A DNA stretch of 64,000 nucleotides, from NCBI RefSeq assembly GCF_964204645.1, contig NC_134027.1, forward strand, positions 6,604,485-6,668,484, in the 5' to 3' direction. The translations under genes were made by a program, and so were the position numbers. The notes beneath the pieces are model-generated. The model made no database searches, had not been told where the DNA came from, and saw only the letters and a program-made list of their open reading frames with translations. Shown piece after piece: positions 49,235 to 61,700 of this stretch. The DNA comes from Tubulanus polymorphus. Its lineage: Eukaryota > Animalia > Nemertea. Position 1 is the stretch's first letter, and each line of letters starts with the position of its first letter.

Positions 49235-52200
49235 TCACTTTGTCGTCAGTTCATCTTCTTCTTCGACGTCTTGACCGACCATCTCGATGCTGCTGTTACT
49301 TTCGGACATACGGGAATAATATTTAATCGTAGTTGGCACGGTGCTCTCATTTTGTAGCTTCTTCATAGCGATACTTTGGCACCAAATGAAAGAGCTCGGT
49401 CGACCGACTGAAAATGAAAGAAAATGCATCCTTTATTTCATTGGACGGGGGTGAAAGCTACTAGCTGGCTCTTCAGTCAGTATCCTAGAGATGGTAAAGA
49501 ATTAAGATAAAAGATGTTTAAAAACAAAGAGTATTTTTCCCACGACTGAAAAGCTGTAAGGAAAATCGACCCACAGACACAAAAGAAACGCTTGTTTGAC
49601 ATATTCTCAAAGACCGAAGAGCAAGAGACGTATTTCATAGAAAAATAACCACTCGCTATCGATGATCACGAGGGTGAAGGAATTTGTACCTAAATAAATA
49701 CAAAGATGACCTTAAATATAGGGTCAGCAGTTTGATATTTCGAAATTTTATTTCACCGTTGACAAATCATGAATACGCACGTCTCTACGGCCTTCGGTTT
49801 GAAGATAGATTTTTCCTTCGTTACAGATTACAGGATGTGTATGAGAATACAAACAAGATTATCTTTCTAAAAAGTTATGTGTACACGGAAAATCAAAAAT
49901 TCTTCCACCTAGAGATAAGGCAGGCAGATAGTGGAAAGGTTCACCTTGGGGACAGTTACTAAGGTTAAGGGACCACGAAGTGCGGGTAGTTAGTTTGATG
50001 TAGTTTGAAATTGCATCCTTTATGTCAACTTACAAATCTTTCCCATATAGATCGACATAATGATGCATGTTTAATCTGGCAGCGTATCAGGAAACATGGT
50101 TTAGCACGATTAAGACAATGACTCAAATTGTAAATTGTATAGGCCTATAACAAGGCGATACACGATTATATAGATCTATCATGATTATCAATTATCACTT
50201 TAGATTCTCATAATAAATATAACCATATGAAGATGAGATCATTGTCTACAGCTAACACTGTTTTAGAGACGACGCCCATGCAGAAACATCTGTCACTGTC
50301 AAATACGTTTCAAACCTTTGGAGACGGGTAACTACTGAGATTTATCTTTTCCCTCGCCAGTATCTGTTACCGAATCATCGTTTTCCCCGCTTTTATCGTT
50401 GTTCACGTCTTTATCGATGTTATTAGTATCACACCCTGGGTGACTAGGGCTGGATTCCCTGTCTTGCAGATGTGGTGGAAGTTTAAAATGATGCCCATTC
50501 TGCACAGACACTGAAAGTGAGGAGTATCGAGTACAAATCGCTATTATTTTGAAAATGCTTATATGCCTTGAAAATATAAGTTTATATGAGTAAAGCACAA
50601 ACGATTAATGTCTAAATAAAGATATTGTTCATGTTCATATGTAAGATCCACAGTTTTAGATATAGGGTTTATCCGTATTTTTTTCAATTTGTGTGTATAT
50701 ATACATATATCATACATATATCATACATATATAAATGAATAAAGCAGACTAGCAAACCCGAATGCAAAACACTTCAAACTGAGAGGTATAAATCACACAT
50801 TTGAAAAATTCTTACAAACATTATATCATGAGATCATGCATTGCTTCGGAAGCCGATCTTGGATCCTTCTTGCTATTTCAGGAATTTAAAAAAATCCAAG
50901 ATGGCTGTCAAAGGCATATATACTTATCATGCATTGCTTGGCGTACATTGAACAATTCACGAGATTGAATAATCTTAATATTATATATGTATGTATAACG
51001 AAAGGGTTTCTTACGCTGTTTCGGCGTTTGGCGTCCGATAATCGTAATTGGTATGAACACCAACAGGGAAGATATGCACATGATGTTTCCAAAGACTAAA
51101 AAACTAACGGGACCCAACGAAACAAATATCTGAAACAACAATTCAAGGCAATTTGAATAATAGTAGACATCACGTTATTAACAAAGTTTCAGCAAATGAA
51201 TACGAATGATCAATCATTGTCAGTAGCTCTTTCCTACAGTGCCAAATGTATGCTGGATGTTGACAACGACTGACAAACTATAGAATATCTTACATTTCCA
51301 ACAACGACTGGAAACACCATTTCTCCCATAGCGGCTATAGTTACGATGTACGCTGTTATGGTAGCTGTAGAATAATGTGTTTTGATGTTAGAATATTCAC
51401 TGGGATCGGAGATGAAATTGGAAAATTTGCAACAATTTTAGAATCGAATCATAGAGGAACAAATTGGAGAACAATATTTACATGTGACGTCGATATATTG
51501 TTCAGCTAAAGCAAGGGCGGTTGGTGTTATACTACTTAAAAACATGCCGAATGCGCATGTTCCAACATACAAGGCTGCGTGGTCGTGACGTAAAGCTAAC
51601 ATCAGCGCCATAGATCCTATACAACCTATCTGTAAATACAAAAAAATATATACAGCCCGAATCAGATTTCATCTAGATGGGCCATTTAATTGCGAATCTT
51701 CAACGAACACTATCCCGCAGTGATAGAGGGACCGGGGGCCATTTAATGGCCGCATACTTACAATGTTACCTAGCAGCATGCAACCAGGAGCGACTTTAGT
51801 AGCGACAAAAACAGCGAAGAGGCGCCCTAAAGCAAATGCACCCTGAACAGAAAAAGCATAATGTGTGTAAGACAATACGAAGTACAGTTTTGTATGCATA
51901 ACCAGGATTAAGGGGGCGGGGCAATCTATTTTTGAATGCTCTCTCTTAACAAATTCAGACGTTGGTGATTTTTTATTTTACCCAATAGGCCGCATTTAGA
52001 TAGGCTCCTTCGGTTCGCTGCATACCAGCAATGCTCTTCAAACCATATGTGTACACATAACCACCAAATGCTGACTGGAAACGATCGGAAGAAAAATACA
52101 TATCAATATATAATTCACATCGGTTCATCGATTTGTCAAAATAATGTTCTTGTCTCGAACAAGACAATACGACATGTTCAGAATAATGCTTAGAATAAAG

Positions 52201-53994
52201 AAAAGATTTAATGAATAAAGCTAAAATAGATTACTCACTTGTAGACCATCGAATAGGAACAATAATATTCCGCTGAATATCGTGATTGTGATGACTTGCG
52301 ATCTACTTGATGCACAGCACCTGTTTTTGTTCTGGTGAAGATATTCTTGTTGTTCCCACATCCACTGACCAAATCTACCAGCCCCATCTGAACAAGAGAA
52401 TGAAATGAAAATGTGCCAGAAACGTTTCACAATCATCCTTTAATCACCTGACATATCACGCAGTAGATAAGATAAAAACCCACTATTTAAAAATTAAAAG
52501 AAATCTAAAATCGAGAATTTATTTATTGAAACAATCTAAAATATAAGAACACGACGTTTCGATCTCACACTAGAGATCATCGTCGACGATGATCTCTAGT
52601 GTTCTTTTAATTTTTAAATAGTGGGTTTTTTATCTTATCATTTGTTCACCACGTTTGAGTGCGGTTATCGTACCATCACGCAGTACAGTGCTATTAGCAC
52701 CTACAATTTAGTGGCAATTTTGTTAAGTGGCAAAAATATGATGTATTGACAAAATTTATTTATTTCATTTATTTCTCTGGATTTCACCTGAATTGATTGA
52801 ATAAAATATGTATCATTGCTGCTGGTTTTGCAATTGAAGAGCTTTGCTTTAAAATGTTTTAAGGTTATTCAGTCGAGACACCAACGACGGTGTTTGAAAT
52901 GGTTAAACGCGAAGTGCTGCATGGACGACGATTCAAATCAGCTGAACCGCCCCAAACCAAACCATCATGGTAATAACTAACCTTTACGGGAGCTTTGCTT
53001 ACTCTTGTCAATATCATCGTATCCATCTTTCTCCTCGGTTGCATCTTCATCAGGCTCGACTAGATTACCGTGGTCATTACGTGTTCGGTACGCGATATAC
53101 GTCGCCAAAAGTGGTATAGGCACCTGGAAATGCGATTACGATATTGTTTCAGTACTGCAAGCTGAATTAGTTAACTCGATTTTAAATATATGCATCCTTT
53201 TGAAACAAACAGTAACAAAAAATGACATCTATAACTTTATCTATAGCAATAAGAGGGAAACTTACTTGTAGAAGAGCCATTATCCAAAACGCGTATTTGA
53301 CATGAGTTTCTATCTGAGCTTCGAATAGCTCTTCTTTAACTAATGTGACGTTGACAGCTAGAGCTTGAAGTTTTGGTGTATCTGGAGATTCAGCCATCGT
53401 GATGTTTCCGATAAACGTTGAACAATCTTCGTTCAATAGAAACGGCTCCGCAATCATAGGACTAACAAAAGCACCAAGCCCATAACAGAAATGCATTGCC
53501 TAAAAAAATCAAAGTTGATAGAGTTCATCGAATAAAAAATTGGCTGATACTAATCAAAACAATGCAAGGAGTCTTAGATTAGAAGACAGTTAGTTGATAT
53601 TCACTTATTATTTTACGTCGGTTTATTGACGCAATATGAACGAACAATCATCTGTATCCAGAATCTTGTAGTTGCTTTTATTCTATCAAGCAGTAAATTG
53701 CCGCGGTATTTGTACTATTTGTACTAATTTCTACAATTTCGAGTGTTTATGTTTTCCTAGCCATCAGAGTAAGCAAACATGCAAATTATTTTGCTTACTT
53801 GTAAGAAAGGCGTGACAAATTCCCCATAAAGTTTTATCATTAGCAGATTAGCCAGGCAGTCTATACATCCCATATTGAGACCCATGACAGCAAGGACAGC
53901 CGCTAATACACCTATACTCCCACAGAAAGACAGCAGAAACATACAAGTTGGCAATAAGATGGTAGCTACTGTCAACATCAGGTTCGCTCTCAGT
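49235..53994 (-). CDS. MFSD4A: Major facilitator superfamily transporter, MFSD4-like; 3' portion (first exons not found, probably beyond a large intron)
   Basis: LAVMGLNMGCIDCLANLLMIKLYG..PFLQ|AMHFCYGLGAFVSPMIAEPFL, LLFLFDGLQ|SAFGGYVYTY, AYW|GAFALGRL, FGMFLSSITP, AAMGEMVFP; stop at 49235-49237. Confidence 0.85.
52466..52674. mobile_element. Second Penelope-like inverted insertion with hammerhead core, in an MFSD4 intron
   Basis: 11-bp direct repeat ATCACGCAGTA (52455-52465 and 52675-52685); inverted arms centred on 52584/52585; the minus strand reads GACGA-T-GATCTC-TAGTGT-GAGATC-GAAAC-GTC. Confidence 0.7.
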
Positions 53995-54218
53995 CTGGAA
54001 AAAAGATATCGAGTTATCATTATTGTTTAGACAAGGGGAAATGAAATTATTCACGATTCTTGACTTTCAGATATCTTATGCATTGAAACGATTTTTATGA
54101 GGTTTTTCATTTATCAAGTATACTATTCCAATATGTCCTCCTGGGGTATTATAGCCATCACCGAGACAGCCCCATCACCAACAGAACCCAAAGCCTGTGT
54201 CACGGGAATCCAAATAGT

Positions 54219-54535
54219 AACACCAGAGGTAAAAATGCCAGAAGGAAATATGCCGAAAATTAAGTGAACATGAGAGTTCAGTGCATTGGATAGATATTCT
54301 CATTTACACTAGATGACATACTATAAGATTTTACACATTGGATGCACCGTTTAGATATAACATATTCTAGAAAATACAAAATTAGGATTAAATGCACAGT
54401 CATTTATTCCTTTCACACAATCATTGCTTATCGTTGATGGATATTTTGTCCGATTCTAGATCAAAAAGTCAGATGATATATCAAATCTACAATCGAATGT
54501 GCATATTTTCTTCTGGCATTTCTACCGCTGGCATT
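54219..54535. mobile_element. Degenerate MITE-like inverted repeat
   Basis: CCAGAGGTAAAAATGCCAGAAGGAAATATGC versus GCATATTTTCTTCTGGCATTTCTACCGCTGG. Confidence 0.45.
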
Positions 54536-56485
54536 TTACCTTTTAGATTTCTACCTCTTGTATTATTACCGTGTTTCGATCATGATATAGTTTTTGAATT
54601 AATGATTATTAAATGAGGATATTTTGTTAGTATTAGCCTAAACCGTGAAGAGCGTTAGTTGGACTTATTGATAGCTTTAGATGAAAAATAAGGATAGGAA
54701 AGGAGCATTTCAGACAATTCATATATGTCGAGTGTATTTCATATATCAGTTGATGCTTTGGACTTATACTGCGTTCCGTAAAGGTAATTCGGTTATACGT
54801 ATATCAAATCTGTCACCAGAAGACAGATTCTATCTAAGACAAGGGAACGTAGACAAGAAAATCAGATCATTTTCTGACGAAAATTGTTGCCGACGTTAGG
54901 AATCTGATTATGTAACCCATTATCCAAGCTCGGCTTGCCCATCAAAGTCTAATGGTCTCACCAAAACCGTTCAAACGAACTTCATACTTACAAAGACATT
55001 TGGCCGCTAGAAGACAAAATGAAGAAATAAATAGATCTTACGACTGACGTAAATGACTTAGGTCTGAATGTGTGGAATTGGTGCGTAAGGTGGTCGTTAG
55101 TTAATCCTATGCGTGTCTTAAGAAATAATGTTTTAACACCTACAAAAATGAAGTATACTAAGACCCACAATTCTATCTACGCTGGTCATCATTTCAAGTA
55201 AATCAGTTGTCATTAGCAATATCAGATGTGGCTTTCTCATGGATATTGATTCTCGTTTTATGATGTCATTTTTTGGGCATAAACTACACAATTCTTTTCG
55301 CAGGTGGGATGGCGAAATCCGACTTATAGAGCAACTTGCTTTGAAACAAATTGGTTGTTTTTCTATGTTTTTCTTTTTAGAACTCAAATTGTCACAAGCG
55401 CAATCAGTTTCTTGGAACTAGCGTGACGTTGGCCTAATCAGCAGAAAGTAGGTTTCGCGCACGTAGGCGTTCTTCCGTGATTCTATAAATCGTTCAAGGA
55501 AATGAGAGTTCTCTGTTCTGATAAACTGAAATCTTGATGACTGCCCTCGAGATCTGGACTGGCTGCTTCTATTTTTGGGAGGAGATTCAGTCCGAGTTCA
55601 ACGAAATCCCCAAATTTAATCACCGGATCTCTTTATACAAATGGACGATAGAGAATGATCTCCGCTGATTCTGAGTTTACGCTTCAATTAGTTTCTAATC
55701 AGTCATCGGAGACATTAGTGACGTTATAGCCTAGAAATAAGCTACTATCTCGATCGAAAAGGCTCCATATAAAACCGAGTCGTCACAATTAAAGATAGGT
55801 CGCTATACCCAGAAGTCTGCCGTACTACGAGACAGATGTCGCGTTTGATTTATGAATTGAATTTTCCGGCAATTTCGTTTCGATTACGTTTATAGGAGAC
55901 ATATTGCGCTAGTAGTCTCGTCAGGGTTAGGGTTACATAACAAAATGATGATTCCTTGTGAATTTTCGGTTTAATCCACGGCGATCCAACGTCTGCCGAC
56001 GTTCTGAAGGTTTCCCATACATATTTTTTACTTCATCGCATTATATTCCACTAATCAATCCAAGTGCGTTTCGTCTTTCGCTTCAGTTGTTTGATGTAAA
56101 CATGGAAACTGTCACAATAAACAAATCATAATTGCCGTCGCTCGGCGGTGCACGGATTGCTTCGTTTGCATTGCGATATCAACGCCTATACATACTCCTC
56201 CTCGTACCAGGCATATTATCATGGAGATGTTGTTTGAAACGAAAAAGATTCTATATCACTTTCGTAAAATTGGTTCTAATCTACCAAACTCAAAAAGTGA
56301 TTGTAATATTTAAAGACCAATTGCGTAGGTTGATCTAGTCCATTTTTAACAACAGTAAAATAGTGCCTAGCAGCTGTTCGTATGTTACTTCTCCCCAGGG
56401 AGAGATGTCCGATAAATGGTTTGAGTAATAAGCTGTGGGTAATAATACCAATTTAATGGAACGTTGATTATTAAAGAATTATTAA

Positions 56486-58233
56486 AGAAGTTTCCAGTTT
56501 CTAGGCGCCATTTTGTGGCGGTCCCTCGAGGTCCCCATTGTTGCGATAATTTGCGCTCATTTTTAAAACATAAGTTTAGATTGAATATCATATAGTTCTG
56601 CAGTCCCTTGCTTGACGAAATCAATTTATACACCATTTTAAAGGAAATGAAATTCAAATATTTGCTGGCGATTCTTGGAATTTTTGAACGCAACAATGAT
56701 GAACAGTGACGATGTGAAACCAAGGACCGCATATCTTAACCGCGCGTAAAAGAAATCGCAATATCTATTAATTTTAAAATATCTAAGTATCTCTTAAAGC
56801 TGTATTTCCAATTTTCACAGAGGTTAAAGAGGGTTATTTGCAGTTTAAGCCTGCGTTTAATTTTTTTGAATATCTTTACTGACGACTGATCTGTACCCGC
56901 TTGAGTTTGAGATTACGCGCAAAAGGGGTCTCCCACTGCGCGCCGCCATTTCACTGAACATTGAGATTTGTGAAAAGAAATCGCAGAAATAAGATTTTAT
57001 ACTGGTTTGTAATTATTAATATTGCTTCTGATGGTTATATATTACCTTTATTTTCGTATGGTTGAAAATGGACTATGAGTGCTTTGATGAATTTGAGTTT
57101 TGTAGCGTTGGGAAATTAAAGGATTTCCTGTAAGAGTGGGGACTTTCCGTGTTGGTTGCAAATGTGGCCTAGTTGAGAACCTAATTTGCGTTTCAACCGA
57201 ATGTACCACTCATGGTTGGACACTAGAAAAAAATTCTAAGTTTTTATATATTTTTGAATATGTGGCGCAGCTGAAAGTTGCCAAACTGGACGTTGACCCC
57301 CTAAAACAGAATATCAAATGGGGGACAGATATGAACCCCTTTAAATATTATATTGGAATTTTATATCAGTAAGGTTTTCTGGTCGATGTTTTCCAGCAAG
57401 AAGGTTGAGATTCAGTAAATTCATCGTATGATCCCAGAATGAGGGATTACCAGAGAGGGAAATGTGTTAAATATGTCCTAAGCGTTTAAATTGACTGGCA
57501 CATTTCACCATCGACTCTAAAGCGTTTGATTTCACCGAACACAAAATCGGCGCTAGGCTGGACGGGCTGTATACGACAATTCCTCAACTGGGTCACTCAA
57601 ACTTCAATAGCGGGACAAACCGGACCCCGAAACCAGCTAAACGAATTGCCCCGCCAAAATACGGTACAAACAAGATATGGATTATCATCTCAAAATATCC
57701 CCATGGAAAATGTGAAGAAATCAAATTGCATTTAAAGATTTCTTGTCGCAAATCTCAATGTTCAGTGAAATTGCAATGCGCAGTGGGAGACCCCTTTTGC
57801 GCGTAATCTCAAATTCAAGCGGGTACAGATCAGTCGTCAGGAAAGATATTCAAAAGATTTTAACGCAGGCTTAAACTGCAAATTACCCTCTTTAACCTCT
57901 GTGAAAATTGGAAATATAGCTTCAAGAGATACTTAGATATTTCAAAATTAATAGATATTGCGGTTTCTTTTACGCACGGTTAAGATATGCGGTCCTTGGT
58001 TTCACATCGTCACTGTTCTCAATTGTTGCGTTCAAAAATTCCAAGAATCGCCAGCAAATATCTGCATTTTATTTCCTTTAAAATGGTGTATAAATTGATT
58101 TCGTCGAGCAAGGGGATGCAGAACTATATGATATTCAATCTAAACTTATGTTTTAAAAATGAGCGCAAATCATCGCAACAATGGGGACCTCGAGGGACCG
58201 CCACAAAATGGCGCCTAGAAACTGGAAACTTCT
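56486..58233. mobile_element. Non-autonomous DNA transposon with about 495-bp TIRs (Kolobok-like)
   Basis: TTAA|AGAAGTTTCCAGTTTCTAGGCGCC ... GGCGCCTAGAAACTGGAAACTTCT|TTAT. Arms about 56486-56981 and 57737-58233 are highly similar (mirror ORFs 56732- and 57987+). Confidence 0.85.
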
Positions 58234-58534
58234 TTATTGTATAACAGTGAAAAGGGTGCTATAGAAATAAGATCACTATCATTAAACGAGAAAACAATTT
58301 TATGTTTATAGACGAAATGGCTAAATTTTCAAATTATTATGAAATAGATATACTTAAAAAAGAAAAACAATTGAAATATACATAAACATGTTATTCTACT
58401 CATATTGAAACCACAAACAGGTTAGTAGAATAGTTATACCAAAGCAATTTCGTGAAAGATTCATACGTTATCTATCTCTGCTAATTGATAAAAACCTGCA
58501 TCTCGTGTATTTAGCAAAGCAAGAACATAATGTA

Positions 58535-58720
58535 TATTTTTATTTCAGAACTGTTGATGGTCACGTTGATTAGCATCTCATACTGATGGCCACCGGGATG
58601 TTTACCGCCAGATAATCCCCCATTAGAACTCTTGATCTAGTCGGTACTCAGGAAATTGACTGCACGGTGATTTGGGGTGGATTGATGGTTAAGCCCCGAC
58701 CGCGACTGAACATCGACCTA
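58535..58720 (-). mobile_element. Possible SINE remnant
   Basis: The minus strand has a B-box-like GGTCGATGTTCAGTC, a core-like CTTAACCATCAATCC..TGAGTACC and an A-rich tail. Confidence 0.3.
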
Positions 58721-61700
58721 AAACTCAATGAGCCTGAAAATACGCATTCTATAGCTGAAGATGACGTTTAGCGCACACGAGGAAATGGTGACGTAGACAC
58801 ATTTTGAGCTAGCTGTATAGAGATTTAATATCGAATATCGAATATTGAGTTGTGTTTTCTCTAGTGCGATGCATTGACTAAAGACCATATTGCGTTTTGA
58901 AATATGAAAATATGAAATATGAAATATGTCACAAATAAACCATCGACAGGAAAAGCACCTGTCGCCCGTCGTATTGTGTATGACGTTCAACAGTAAGGAA
59001 TGTGTCTAAATGTATAATTTTCATATTAATGGCATCAGATTCATCGATCATTGGATTCAATTTATTTCCAGAATGTAAACCACTAGCTAGAAATCACTAG
59101 AAATTGAAGAAATATTTGAATTTCAATTCAAATTCATACAAAGGGCGCCAAACAATTTATAATTCCACTCGTATCCGTTATTTCAAATTGTTGATTGATC
59201 TTTTCCCCTAGAATCCCTAGAGGAATTCATTCACTAATGTTCCAATGGCTCGTTTAAGCACATGTGAATTATGGAAATTGTTTGGAGATCATTGAAATTC
59301 TTTATTTACCGAGCCTCTAAAAGAGCGCTTTCTGAAACACTGTGATGTGGAGAGGAAACAGTTTATTTGTTTCTAGGTGATCTTTATAAAGAATGATTAA
59401 TTTGGTCCTCACCAGACCAATTCCATTAGGCAGCTTGTGTTGCGTAACACGAAAAAATTGTACACGTCTCACTCAAATTTTCGCATATCGGAATCAGTTT
59501 CACAGTTGTGGCTTTATATCTGGATTTAGTAACTGACAACTCAGTGTAGAACAGGGTGTTCTATCAAAAGGGTTCGAAAATATGTTGAAGAGATTTGGTC
59601 GATAATATATATATGTTCTATTATATTGACAGATTTTGCTGGCCACAGCTGCCGCTGTCAAACAATAGGCCTATTGACGATGGTTTATTATTTTCAATTT
59701 TTTCAGCCCGTGGGGTTCGAGATATAAGATTAAACATAGATATAGCGAAATAGTGCATTGTGTAAAAAAAATCTAATACATCTATACTGCTACGGATCAA
59801 CTAATTTGCCATTATTTGCCAACTATTTTCTTTTTCGGAAGTGAAACAGCACAACTTCAGGCATTGACCAATCCTCATCAGTAACACCTTTCATGGAATG
59901 AAAATTTCAAATATATCCTCAGATGTAAGACCAGAATGAGACAAATTTTATCAATATTTTAGCCTTGAATAGTACTTGATGCTGTTGCAGACATCGCTTT
60001 GTGGGTTTCTGATGGTAACGTGTGCTTCAAACAAACTAGCCCATTTGTGGACCGTGATTTCAGCAATCATTCACCAAAATCGGGAAGACTTATTAAAAAA
60101 GAAAGTTTCATAATGATTCCTCATTTCCCGATTAAAGTGTGTAGCGCACCATCGCCGTCTTGCCTCAGGGCGTCATAACACGTGAATCATTTCAATTTTT
60201 CAGACGGATAGCTTACAACGTCAGCGAGGGCTTCATCAAAAATCAGTATACAATCGCACACGAACCACCTGATAGGAATTTCATATGGTACAGCAAGATG
60301 ACGCCTAGCGATTTCGGGGTTTATCAAGCGAAATAAATGATGATTGTGCGTGATTGACCGGCAGGACATTATCAATTCGAAGTAGAGACATCGCTGAGCT
60401 TCGCGCAATATGGCACAAAATTTTAAAGCTCCAACTAAATAATAATAATTGTCATCTGTACGGAAATTATATCGTATAGTGTGCTTAATTGTATTGAAAC
60501 ACCTCTTGATTTTCTCGAGTGAATTATTAAGCGCACACATACCAGCATCGCCACAGCTGTCAAATAAGCACGTACAAATTGAACATAGTCTATAACTCTT
60601 ATTAATTTAACAAAAATAGTTAGGTATATGTTGTAATACCGAGTCGGTATCGGTATTTACTACTCAATGTCGTCTATATCATCTGTTTATAAATTTTGAT
60701 GCATCGTACATCTCAAAAGTTTGAAATACTTTGCGATACGGCAAACAATCAACAACGCCTTGATATATCACAAGATTCACAGGAAGGTGATATATCACGC
60801 AATTAAGTATCTCATAATAACATCCATTATTCATGGGTATGCACCTAGAATGGGAAACCTACACGGTCAAATTGCTCCCAGTAGAACTAGATATTGAAAT
60901 TAATAACCATATTATGTAAATAGCGTTTAGAATTGAAGATGTGTAAATCGTTACATGCGCTTTAGTTGACCCCACAACATGTGAACCTAACGGGCGAAAA
61001 TATGTTTGGAAGACCACTTTTCAATTCTTGATTAATATGTCCAATATTCATTTGATATCCACGTAACGTGAAATGTATATATTTAGAACAACATTTTAAT
61101 GGGCTTTAAGCAGAAGAATTTGCTGGTTAATGTTCCAACTGCATTAAAAAGTAAATTTTACGTATACGAATTGATTAGAATGGGATTCAATATTGAATCT
61201 AGCTCGTCGCGCACGTTGATTAAAATCGCTTGATGGCCATCACATTTTGCGATACGAATTTAGTTTGAAGCGTGAAAATAAATCGTTTTTATAGTCTTCA
61301 ATCGTCTGAAAGTGAATCGTGGTGATAAAGTCTGTATTTGTAACCATTTCCTACTGCTATTTCAATAAAAACAAACTCGTCTCCAAGGACAAAGAGAAAG
61401 TTTGCGTTATATCAATTATAACAAAAGTGTATTTTGTCTGAATTTTTGACAAAAATAACACCTTCATTTTCCCGTAAATAAAATAGAAATAAACCTATTT
61501 CGAAATAGGTCAAAACGTAATTAGCTATTCTACCTAAAAGTATAAATATGATAATGCTTCACCATCATAAAATTGATATCATTCTATGAATATTGAATTC
61601 ATTGAATTCAATTATAGGAAATGGGTAAAACAGCTTGCAGTTATTTCGGGATATGTCACAGACGTAAGGACGGAGGTCTGTATCAGAATTTATGAGTTTA

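Noticed and set aside
49450-49485. CTGAAGA plus short stem on the minus strand as a third hammerhead
   Set aside because: Followed by TTTC instead of GAAA; core incomplete
55133-55700. ORF-like stretch on the minus strand upstream of MFSD4
   Set aside because: Interrupted by stops, no MFS similarity and no consistent splice phase
56385-58244. Near-identical ORFs MRSLVSHRHCS... on opposite strands
   Set aside because: Artefact of the long TIRs; no transposase motifs
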